DNA from: Octopus sinensis
Taxonomy: Eukaryota
Assembly (NCBI RefSeq): GCF_006345805.1
Contig: NW_021834533.1
Coordinates: 1-47,666 of the forward strand
DNA: 47,666 nucleotides
Direction: 5' to 3'
The translations under genes were made by a program, and so were the position numbers. This document shows, one piece after another, positions 37,338 through 47,666 of this stretch. Below the pieces are notes generated by a model that did no database searches, was not told where the DNA came from, and saw only the letters and a program-made list of their open reading frames with translations. How positions within the stretch are numbered: position 1 is the first letter of the stretch; each line of letters opens with the position of its first letter.

Positions 37338-37480
37338 CGAGGGGATGCTGGAAAGTTCCCCACATTAAAGATATGCGAAAGGCTTGGCTGGAGGCCCAAC
37401 CTTCCGAGTTCTTTTACAGGGCTTCGAAAAACTGAAGGACCTCTGCAATAAGAAAGTGAATCTGAGAGGCGAATATGTCT
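37338..37480 (+). mobile_element. Truncated mariner-derived MITE
   Basis: TA then cgaggggatgctggaaagttcc. The interior translates GFEKLKDLCNKKVNLRGEYV, a mariner C-terminus-like peptide. Homologous to 46744-46951. Confidence 0.7.
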
Positions 37481-37527
37481 ATATGTGTGCTAACAAACCG
37501 ATGATGCACGCCACTAACATCCCGGCT

Positions 37528-37578
<51 letters not shown>

Positions 37579-37892
37579 CACTACATACTACTACTGCTGC
37601 TGCTGCTGCTGCTGTTATGCTGCTGCTGGACTGCTGCCGCTGCTGCTACTACTACTACTACTAATAATAATAATACTACTACTGTTACTGCTGCTGCTGC
37701 TGCCACTGCTGCTTCTGCTGCTGGACCTGCTGCCGCTGCTGCTGCTGCTACTACTACCACTACTACTACTACTACTGTTGTTGTTGTTGTTGTTGCTGTT
37801 GCTACTGCTGCTGCTGCTGCTACTACTACTACTACTACTACTACTACTGTTGTTGTTGTTGCTGTTGCTGCTGCTGCTACTACTACTACCAA
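37528..37892. repeat. Compound (TAC)n/(TGC)n/(TGT)n array with higher-order duplication
   Basis: Direct reading. Confidence 0.93.
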
Positions 37893-39074
37893 CAAAATGT
37901 GAAAGTCCTCAGGGAACCTCAATATTTCACTTGACTTGTTAGAAGTAGAGGTCACATCCGTCACAAACTCACACACAGGTCAATATACTATGAAGTGCTT
38001 ATGGACACGTGCACGTATATTTATGCATGTGTATGAGTGGGTGTGCGTGTGTATGTATGTATGTATGTATGTTTGTATATAAGTCGATAGGCATGAGTGC
38101 GTATCGGTGAATATATATGCAAATATATGCGTGTGTTTGTGTGTATGCATTCATATATACACACATACGAATACATACATACATACATACATGCATACTT
38201 GCATACACGCATACACACACGCGCGCGCGCAAACACACGCACACACACACACACTTATGAATATGTATGAAATACGTAATCATTTACGAGTATATATATA
38301 ATAGCATATTTATGCAAAAATATTTCACATATGCGTGCGATATATATAATCTTTCTTTTAAGGGTATAGAAATATGTGTGTATATCTATGAATGTAAGTT
38401 TGTATGTTTATATACATAAGTAAATTAATATATACAGAAATGTATAAATACCTGCATATATAATAAAACAATGTAGTTAGATCATGTAATATATAATATA
38501 GTATAATATAATATATATACACATATATATACACATACACATACATATATATATGTATGTGTGTGCGTAAATACGAACATTTGGACAACTGTCCAACAGT
38601 TGACATTAGCTATATCTTGATATTAGATATGTAAGAGGCTTCAAAACATCAATTAAAAACACATCAGAAGTAATCTCGCGTTATCACGAATAATCCCGCT
38701 AAATCTCATGATGTTTTTTACTTTCCTTTTTCCCGATTCTCCTTTTCCTGTTGTATTTTATTTCATGTTTAAAAATAAAATACTTTTCATTCTTTGGTGG
38801 AAGTATCTAACAAAATTTCTGGATTGTGTATCTTATTTTCCGGATACCTTATTTCTAAACATCCACTAAATATCTGTCTCAGTATGTGGCAGCCCTCACT
38901 ACGTGTTTTCAGCAAGGGACAGTTGAGCCCTAAATCGTCAACAGGATGGGCGATATACGTAATGTATTGCACTGGTAATGGAAACGAAAAGGATTGATGG
39001 GTGTGATTTAACTGTGGTAGTTGAGGTCATTCAAGGTAATGTAGGTGTTCCTGTTGCTGCTGCTGCTGCTACTG

Positions 39075-39257
39075 CAGATAACGATGATGATGATGATGAA
39101 GATGACCACAATACTGGCAAAAAGGATGACAACGACGACTACAACAACGACGAGGATGATGATGATGAGGAGGAGAATGGCGACAATAGTAATGACCTTG
39201 ATGTTGATGAGAATGACAGTGGTGATGTAAATGATGATGATGACGAAGACGACGACA

Positions 39258-39288
<31 letters not shown>

Positions 39289-39470
39289 CGATGACGATGA
39301 TAATGATGATGAAGACAACGACAATAATGATGATGATGATGATGATGATGACGACGACGATGACAACAATGATGATGATAATGATGATTATGATGATTAT
39401 GATGATTATGAGGATCATGACGACGGCGACGACGATGACATTAATGATTGTGATTATGACAACGACGACA

Positions 39471-39505
<35 letters not shown>

Positions 39506-39506
39506 A

Positions 39507-39561
<55 letters not shown>

Positions 39562-39700
39562 CGACGATGATGGAGATGATGGTAAAAAAATACGATGACG
39601 ATGGCTGTAATTACGCCGACGACGACAACAACGACCACGGCAATGACGACGACGACGACGATGATGACGATGATGATGATTATAAGGATGAAGATTGATA
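39075..39700. repeat. (GAT/GAC/AAT)n low-complexity tract
   Basis: Direct reading. Confidence 0.9.
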
Positions 39701-40139
39701 ATAATAATCGATGTTGCTAGTGATAGTTGACGCGGTGAGAGTGCTGGCGTTTTGTGATGAAGGTGAAAGTTAGTGGTAGTGGTTTTGTTAATGATGGTTG
39801 CTAGGTAACCATATGTACTACGAAGACAACGGCTTGAAGAGATTTACATAAACGTGAAAGCTTAATATATAAAAGCCGGGGAGAAAAGCAACGTAACAGC
39901 ATGGAAGTTTCGTATGTATGCATGCATATTGGTCTGCTGACGAAGCCAGCGGAGTTGCATCAAAAAGCTAAAACGATGCAAAGCGCACTGTGACAAGCGA
40001 TGTACAGCAACATCCGACAGTCTGGTCCATAAGGTAATCAGGTGACATATGTATGTGTATATGTATGCCTGTATGCATGCATGTATGTATGTATATATGT
40101 GTGAATATATGTATGTTGGCATGCCTGCATGCATGCATG

Positions 40140-40173
<34 letters not shown>

Positions 40174-40227
40174 TGTATGTATGTATGTATGTATGTATGT
40201 ATGCATGTATATATATATGTATGTATG

Positions 40228-40330
40228 TCGTTATTCAGTTTTATTTCAAGGTGTCTTGCCAATAGAGAAAGAGCCGATTTCTAACCTAGATCCAAGGATC
40301 CTTCATTGAAATTTCAAGACCAACAACCGG
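40228..40330 (-). mobile_element. Second copy of the 3' terminus of the (ACAT)n-tailed RLE retrotransposon
   Basis: ttcagttttatttcaag.tgtcttgccaatagagaaagagccg.tttctaa.ctagatc matches 40495-40590 and abuts (ATGT)n. Confidence 0.8.
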
Positions 40331-40339
40331 TCCAGCAGC

Positions 40340-40373
<34 letters not shown>

Positions 40374-40379
40374 GCAGCG

Positions 40380-40432
<53 letters not shown>

Positions 40433-40494
40433 TTTCTATGTATGTAGTATGTATGTATGTATGTATGTATGTATGTGTATGTATGTATGTATGT

Positions 40495-41206
40495 CGTAAT
40501 TCAGTTTTATTTCAAGATGTCTTGCCAATAGAGAAAGAGCCGGTTTCTAAACTAGATCTAAGTTTCCTCCACTGGAATTTCCACACCACCAACAGGGTAA
40601 TTTTGTTTCTATGTATGTATGTATGTATGTATGTATGTATGTTTGTATGTGTGTATGTTATGTATATATGTAGGTGTAGATTTGTATGTTTTATGTATGT
40701 ATTCTCATTCCTATAATTGCATATCTAGACATGCTCATATATATTTAAATAATAGACTTCTGGAAAGTTTTACAGATTTTTACAGTTCCAGTGATGGATT
40801 GGATCTGTAGTCTTCGAATTAGCTTTCTCTTTTCTGGTTTTGAGAACCTAACTTCTCATGATTGGTATTTAGGCAGTATGTTGCATATCCCAGGGCTCCA
40901 ATAATTACAGGTATAAACCTGAACTTGTAATCTGGATAGAGTAACTGCAGATCTCTCAATAGTTCAGCGTAGGTATTCTCTTTTTTCACTGATCTTCAGT
41001 TTTATGTTACCATACGCTGGGCAGCTAATTTCCACAACTGTGCACAGTTTCTCTTCTCAATCCCAAGATCATTATATCAGCTCTGTTGTGTTTATATGTT
41101 ACTGAGGACATTCCAGCAGTATTCCTTTTTGAGTGGCTAGGACAGAGAAATAAGAACCCACTATATGTGGGTTCTTATTTCTTTGTCCCTGGGGGGTCAT
41201 CCTTCC

Positions 41207-41207
<1 letters not shown>
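40495..41207 (-). mobile_element. 3' fragment of an R4/Dong-like RLE retrotransposon with (ACAT)n tail, embedded in (ATGT)n
   Basis: Frameshifted minus-strand translation: KEYCWNV..KHNRADIMI/WD*EEKLCTVVEISCP..KISEK/ENTYAELLRDLQLLYPDYKFRFIPVIIGALG..GTVKICKTFQKSII* (stop at 40745-47). This fits an RLE PD-(D/E)xK-type domain. The 3' UTR ends ttgaaataaaactgaattacg(acat)n. Confidence 0.8.
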
Positions 41208-41237
<30 letters not shown>

Positions 41238-41292
41238 TGAATGCATGCATACATGCATGTATGTATGTATGTATGTATGTATGGTATGTATG

Positions 41293-41355
<63 letters not shown>

Positions 41356-41422
41356 AATAAAACGGTAAGATAACAAAAGAAAGAAAGAGACCTCAATATT
41401 ATGTAAATAGAGGAAATTTATC

Positions 41423-41582
41423 TATACATATGTTACATTACTCGGTAGTCAAGATAAAACTCTGAGTTTCAGATGCCGAAGTGGAAATCCACAACACCAT
41501 CTCTTCGAAGAGATGGTGTTGTGGATTTCCACTTCGGCATCTGAAACTCAGATTTTATCTTGACTACCGAGTAATGTAACAT

Positions 41583-41590
<8 letters not shown>
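41423..41590. repeat. Near-perfect spacerless palindrome, about 165 bp
   Basis: Centre ctcttc|gaagag at 41506/41507. The arms match for about 80 bp with two 1-nt indels. Confidence 0.95.
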
Positions 41591-41621
<31 letters not shown>

Positions 41622-41682
41622 TATATTATATATATATATATATATATGTATAGAAATTAATATAAAATATAAATTACAAAGT

Positions 41683-42288
41683 GGGACAAGAACGCAAAAA
41701 CACACAAAGAGACGACACAAAAAAACAGACGGGTCACTCGAAGCCTCTAATCTTCAGTCGGGAACCGGATCATCTTAGTAATTTCGGCTGTTGAGCAAAG
41801 GCCTGCTAGCTGAAGATATCTGTCTATATATATAATTAAGATTCGGCTGAATTAGGTACTTAAATTGAGGTACCTTGCTAGTTCGGTATAATCTGCATAC
41901 ACTAGCAGTATTATTTGAATATTGAATATCAAGACTTCGTGTTGGGGTATTTGTACCCAATATTCCTGTTGTGCATGTAGACAATGCAACCCAGCTAAGT
42001 AAAGATGTTCGCTCTTGGTAATTCAGACACGTACCATTTATAAAGGAGCTTGCTATATTATCTCCGAATTGCAGATTCCAATTTGGGTGAATAGAATATA
42101 AATTATTAACGAAGATGTACAGGAGTCAATTCCTTACAGCCGTTCCAAACGGCTTCATTTAATAACAGAATGGTTCCTCCTTTATGTTTGAAGTGTATGC
42201 TGTCAAATTGTTATAATGTTATCATTAATCAATTAAATGGAGCCAACTTAAATAGCCGTAATAAATTGAGGTATATACATCTTTGTTA

Positions 42289-42326
<38 letters not shown>

Positions 42327-42645
42327 ACGCCAGCTTAATTTAATTCGTCCTTAGTCGAAAGACACCCGTTGTTAATGTCCTCTTATTTGTATTTGTGTAC
42401 TATTTCTCCGTTTTTTTTCTGTCCTTATTTTCGTTTACATTCGCTGCTTTTTTCCAAGGAATCTAATTATCTTAGCTTTGTTTTTCCTTGGGGTTGGCCA
42501 GATCTCGAGTATAATGAGCCGAAATTGCAAAGATAATCTGGAACTCGACTGAAGAAAGAAGACTCCGAATGACCCGTCCTTGTTTTCTTTGTATCGTCTA
42601 TCTGGATGTTTTGCGTTCTTGTCCCTCTTTTGTATTTTCTATATA
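41683..42645. mobile_element. Two convergent copies of one repeat (41683-41790 on +, about 42327-42645 on -), possibly Penelope-like termini
   Basis: gggacaagaacgcaaaa..gacgggtca.tcg..tcttcagtcg..atttcggct appears in opposite orientations. The family assignment is inference only. Confidence 0.45.
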
Positions 42646-43226
42646 TAAAACATAGCGGCGTACGTACACTTTGTTTTCATATATATATTCACACGTGTGA
42701 TGCGTGTGCGTGTGTTTGAATGGGTGTTGGTCTGTGTTAGACTCTTCTTCATCGAACAATCCTTCAAGGAAACGACTTTTCATCGAATCATTTTATATTT
42801 ACAATTATACCAGAATACCCACCACGCCCAAACAACAAAAGCAACAACACCAAGAACAACAAATATGTCTGCTTGTCATACATACATGGGTATCAATTTC
42901 ATAAGTTTCATAATTGATTACTTTTACCTGTTCCAGTTCCATAAGTTAATTACTACAGATAACAGTTAATTAATTAGACGATCGCTATCAGTACAATATC
43001 TAGTTACTATGTTATTTCGTCGTTTGCTCACAGTATCGTAATGTCTTTTGTTTTATTTTTCGTTTTGTGTTTTGGGTGGTACAACAATACCACCAGCCAC
43101 TTTCTCAATAATCACCTTATTTGTATCTTGCTTGCGTTTAATTTTTTTCCCACGATATATAAATTGAGTGATGGCTACACGATTTCTAAAATGTGTTGTG
43201 CAAACCGTTAACTGTATGTATTGGAA

Positions 43227-44011
43227 CATAGGTTCTCAGCCGTATCCATATGACCTCTAGGAGTCTATATAAAAGTTTTGTGTCTCCATGCAAGCAGAAT
43301 AGTAAGCTGGGCATCCATAGCAGTATTTTAAGGGTCCATGAAAATTTTGATTAGGATGTGGGGGGGGGTACTTCGTCGGTTACGACGACGAGGGTTCCGG
43401 TTGATCCGAATCAACGGAACAGCCTGCTCGTGAAATTAACGTGTAAGTGGCTGAGCACTCCACAGACACTTGTACCCTTAACGTAGTTCTCGGGGATATT
43501 CAGCGTGACACAGAGAGTGACAAGGCCGGCCCCTTGAAATACAGGTACAACAGAAACAGGAAGTAAGAGTGAGAGAAATTTGTGGTGAAAGAGTACAGCA
43601 GGGATCACCACCATCCCCTGCCGGAGCCTCGTGAAGCTTTAGGTGTTTTCGCTCAATAAACACTCACAACACCCGGTCTGGGAATCGAAACCGCGATCCT
43701 ATAACCGCGAGTCCGCTGCCCTAACCACTGGGCCATTGCGCCTCCACGATTAGGATGTACTTATTTCAAGAAGCAGTAAGGTTACTGTAAACTTATACAG
43801 AGCTTAATATGCTTCTGGTCTCTGAAATATCTCTCTCTCTCTCTGAAAATGTTTGTGCAAACCTACACAAATTAATGTGTGAAAATCAAAGAAGAGATTT
43901 TGATAGAAGTATCTATAAATTTAGATTTTAAGCATCGAATGGATATGGGATCCATCAGAATAAAATAGGTATGAAAGAAGTCCACAGATAAAAAATAGTT
44001 GAGAACTATTG
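43227..44011. mobile_element. hAT-like MITE with 8-bp TSD, interrupted by a SINE C
   Basis: Ends cataggttctcagcc / agttgagaactattg. Flanks tattggaa (43219-26) and tattagaa (44012-19) match 7/8. Confidence 0.7.
43360..43747 (-). mobile_element. SINE family C, full length, 11-bp TSD
   Basis: Reverse-complement match to 14611-14995. TSD gattaggatgt at 43349-59 and 43748-58. Confidence 0.93.
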
Positions 44012-44659
44012 TATTAGAATATAGTTATAGGTTTTGCACACAAACGTATATATCCAAACATTGTATTGGAAATCTTGGTTCCCGAAGTTTTCCTCATCCT
44101 TCAGAGTCGGTGCATATGTATGTTACAAAACAGACTGTGAAAGACTCAGTTACTTGGTCAGCTTCGCCCACCTCCACGATTCCAACAACTGCTTGAATTC
44201 ATCGAGTTATACAACGGAAAGTTGTAAATAATTTAATAGAAAAGTATATTCCAAGATTTCAGTGTATCAGTTCAGTAATAATAGCGTTTGAAATTTGCGA
44301 TAACAAGATTGTCCAAAATAAAACAAAAATACCTGGAATTCTTTTTTTATACAGAGCACATTACCAATTCCACTCAGATGAATATAGTAGAAGACACTTG
44401 TCCAACATGTGGTTGGGAAAAAAAAACTTCACTTATTATGCTGCACTGGAGAAACATTTATAAAACTAATTAGCTTTTGCAAGATGTTGCATAAAAAGGA
44501 TTAATAACAATTAATCAATGAACTGTATTAGTCCTCTCAAATATGTAATAAGAAATCTTGCTTAATTTCAATTCTTGGTTATTTTGAAAACAAACAAACT
44601 TAAAACATACACTATATAATCATAAAATTAACCCCTATTTCTTAAAATTGTTAACCCCG

Positions 44660-44713
44660 TCCATTATTATTATTATTATTAATTATTATTATTGTTATTA
44701 TTATTATTATTAC

Positions 44714-44801
<88 letters not shown>

Positions 44802-44808
44802 TATTATT
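44660..44808. repeat. (ATT)n array
   Basis: Direct reading. Confidence 0.97.
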
Positions 44809-45099
44809 CAGTAGTTTTATTTTTTTTAGCGTGCTTTCACTTCACTACCGAGCGCAGCTCTGTGTGCCTTGGGTATTTGTGCTGTGATTTGTTGTGATGC
44901 TCTGATGGTTATTGTATGGAAAGTGTTCTGCGTAGGATGTGTGCAGTGCCTAGTAGTGCAATTTTCTGTATGTTATATGTGTTTGTAAATCCTGGTGTTT
45001 TGTTATGTATTTGTCTGAATATTTTTTTATCATGCCTAATGCACCTACTATGATAGGAATTGTTTCTGTTTTTAGATTCCACATTCTGGTTACCTCCAT
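44809..45099 (-). mobile_element. 3' end of a Dong-like RLE retrotransposon inside a (TAA)n array
   Basis: Minus strand reads MEVTRMWNLKTETIPIIVGALGMIKKYSDKYITK/PGFTNTYNIQKIALLGTAHILRRTLSIQ*, then a 3' UTR ending aataaaactactg(aat)n. (ATT)n lies on both sides. Confidence 0.85.
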
Positions 45100-45107
45100 T
45101 ATTATTA

Positions 45108-45175
<68 letters not shown>

Positions 45176-45341
45176 AGTATCTTAGAACTTATTGTGGTGT
45201 TAATATCAGGCTTGTAAGGGTGGTACAGATGTTAACACGCTGAACAGTAATTAATCACTAAATTCAAATCCTGCCACTCAGCTTCGGCAGGAAATATTTA
45301 CTATATTCAGCTCAATAGGCTACAGCTGCTCCTGCACATCC

Positions 45342-45345
<4 letters not shown>

Positions 45346-45409
<64 letters not shown>

Positions 45410-45420
45410 TGTGTGTGTGT
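45346..45420. repeat. (GT)n array
   Basis: Direct reading. Confidence 0.97.
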
Positions 45421-45954
45421 CTGTGCATGCGTGTGTCTGTGTATGTAAGCGCAAATTCTTTCATGCAATAGAAATTTATACAATACAGTGAGCAGAGACA
45501 ACAACATTAGAACTCGTTTAACATATAGAATTTGAATAAATCTACTTCAGATACAGTGAGTACAGACTTAGGCGAAAAACAGCCCTTGTGTTTTATGATA
45601 GCTCGAAGGATTTCATCGTAAATAGCGGCTACAGATGTATTACAAACAATAATAATGACTAAACCAAGAGTTTTAGGTATAATGAGGTATTTTTACCTCT
45701 TGGCTGAAACAGCTGTAAGTTATTTTCCCAATTTATATTCATGTGTGTTATTTTATAATAATTACTGATATCCTTATATATTAATATATTTCATATCTTA
45801 TATGTAAAGCATAATATGATATACATGTATGTATATTATTGTAATTATCAGTTTAGTAAATAAATAAATAAGTTAACATATATAATGTCTAAATTGATGA
45901 ACCACCTATTGATTCCCTCCATTTTCTTATTGCTATATATATCTATATATATAT

Positions 45955-46025
<71 letters not shown>

Positions 46026-46307
46026 CATTTCTAAATCTCTCAGAGAGACGTATACAGTAGCAGCACGATAAAGGATGGTCTGTTGCCAACTTAATGTGGT
46101 AGTCCCAGGAATGGGAAGAATGCTACTGTTATTAACCCCAGGAAACAACGTTTTCAGTGGCTACTTAACACAAGCGTTCTGTTTTCAAACAGGGGAGATA
46201 AGCACCTCCACCCAGCAAAGCCAGCATTCAGAGGACTAGGTTCAGTGTCATTGCTCTTCATCAGTATATATGTATATATGTATATATATATATAAATATA
46301 AATATTA

Positions 46308-46356
<49 letters not shown>

Positions 46357-46522
46357 TGTTGTGTATGTATTTATATATATATATGTGTGGTGTGTGGTGT
46401 GTGTGTGTGTGTATTGTAATATATTATATATATAATATATAATATATATATATGTATGTATATAAAAATGAGAGAGAGAGAGAGAAGAGACAGACAGATA
46501 GACAGACAGACAGACATGCATA

Positions 46523-46733
46523 TCGGTGTTCATAAATTATCTTTACAACAACCACAATTTATTGTATCTTTCAAAGTTGAGATCCATCAGTCAATTACTT
46601 TGCAACCGCGTAGACGTGTTGTAATAAAACTTTATTTGTCCGCCTGTTCTCCAATAAACTGTGTTGAGATATCCTTATATTTTTCATTTTGTCTGAATTT
46701 TTCGAATTGTAAAGGTCATTTCTGGACTCCCTG
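46523..46733. mobile_element. Tc1/mariner-type MITE
   Basis: TA-tcggtgttcataaattatctttacaa ... ttgtaaaggtcatttctggactccctg-TA: degenerate ~27-bp TIRs with TA flanks. Confidence 0.55.
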
Positions 46734-46743
46734 TACACGCAAA

Positions 46744-46951
46744 CGAGGGTTGCTGAGAAGTTCCTGGCTTTAAGGGTATTGCGAAAGGCCTGGCTGAAGG
46801 CCTAACCTTCCTAGTTCTCTTAAAGGACTTTGAAAAACTGAAGAACCGCAGCAATGAGTGTGAATCTGGGTGGGGGGTATGTTGTATAAAATCATAATTG
46901 ACTGATCCTTTTTATTTTATTTTCCTCAAAGCCAGGAACTTTTCAGCACCC
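46744..46951 (+). mobile_element. Mariner-derived MITE
   Basis: TIRs cgagggttgctgagaagttcctggcttt / aaagccaggaacttttcagcaccc. The interior is homologous to 37338-37480. Confidence 0.8.
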
Positions 46952-47275
46952 ATTTGTCCAAGTAGAAAATTCTGTGTGATACGTCGGATGATAGCTGATA
47001 GCTGTTCATCTGAGTTTGCAGCGTTTTCTCTATACACTCTACATATTGCCTTTTCCGCTTCACTGCATTCTGGACATGGTGCGTGATCGCAGTCGGTCGA
47101 TTGGTTTTGAATGTCATTTCCGTCAGTATACATTCGACTATTACATGTTGAATAACTGTCACATTTCCAATATATGAGATTGTTTACAGTCTTCTTGGTC
47201 GCTAACGTATAAAAAGCCATTAAGAAATACTTTACGTTTGCATCTTCTGCTTAACACTAACCTGATCTCCGCCAT
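46952..47275 (-). pseudogene. FLYWCH zinc-finger N-terminus, probably a MULE/Mutator-type transposase remnant
   Basis: MAEIRLVLSRRCKRKVFLNGFLY / (frameshift) KTVNNLIYWKCDSYSTCNSRMYTD..QSTDCDHAP. The G-F-L-Y..YW-C..C..H spacing fits FLYWCH, with the first His read as Cys. Confidence 0.6.
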
Positions 47276-47666
47276 GGATAAAAGTAATCGATATTAAGCA
47301 TGCCTGGACAAGGTTAGTTACATGGAAGACCAGCAACTGAGCAAGCACTCAAACCTCTCAACTCGGTGCCCTTATAGTGTTGTTCAAGCGAAAGGCAACA
47401 GTGCCGTCAGAAAGCAAGGGCCTGCAAAAGAAGTCACTAGGGATCTCTGCCTACTGCAGAACTTGTAGTTCAGTTATTGACAATGAAAAGTAGCAAAAGG
47501 AAAACGTTACTTAAGCAGAAATTGAAATCAAAGCGCAGAGCATCAGGACAAATGCTGTTGAGGCATTCTGTCCAATGTTATAACAACTATGCTTATCACA
47601 CTAAACATAACATACATACATACATACATACATGCATACATACATACATACATACATACATACATA

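Noticed and set aside
38978-39598. 206-aa Asp-rich ORF resembling acidic biomineralisation proteins
   Set aside because: It is the stop-free frame of a (GAT/GAC)n tract. There is no signal peptide or splice support, and similar tracts occur at 5.2, 8.5 and 26.9 kb.
42549-42580. CUGAAGA...GAAU-GAC as a hammerhead core (and its counterpart near 41730-41760 on -)
   Set aside because: No convincing stem II, no GAAA and no NUH geometry in either copy.

Overview
AT-rich, microsatellite-saturated eukaryotic non-coding DNA. The SINE, MITE and LINE repertoire looks like an Octopus (coleoid cephalopod) genome; this is inferred from recalled repeat families, not searched. I found no supportable host protein-coding exon, rRNA, true tRNA or CRISPR array, and almost all tracked ORFs are translations of simple repeats. 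Mobile DNA present: (1) a full-length dead mariner with 32-bp TIRs and TA TSD; (2) about 25 tRNA-derived SINE copies from several families that swap heads and tails; (3) several MITEs; (4) a FLYWCH/MULE-type remnant; (5) pieces of R4/Dong-like non-LTR retrotransposons with a restriction-like endonuclease (RLE). Best leads: two sister RLE families embedded in different microsatellites, (AAT)n versus (ACAT)n; an RT-only internal-deletion derivative; a minimal Penelope-type hammerhead ribozyme candidate at 32836-32870; and a ~165-bp spacerless palindrome carrying a partial hammerhead-like core. Repeat boundaries were read by eye and are approximate unless a TIR or TSD is quoted. SINE family labels A-D are my own.
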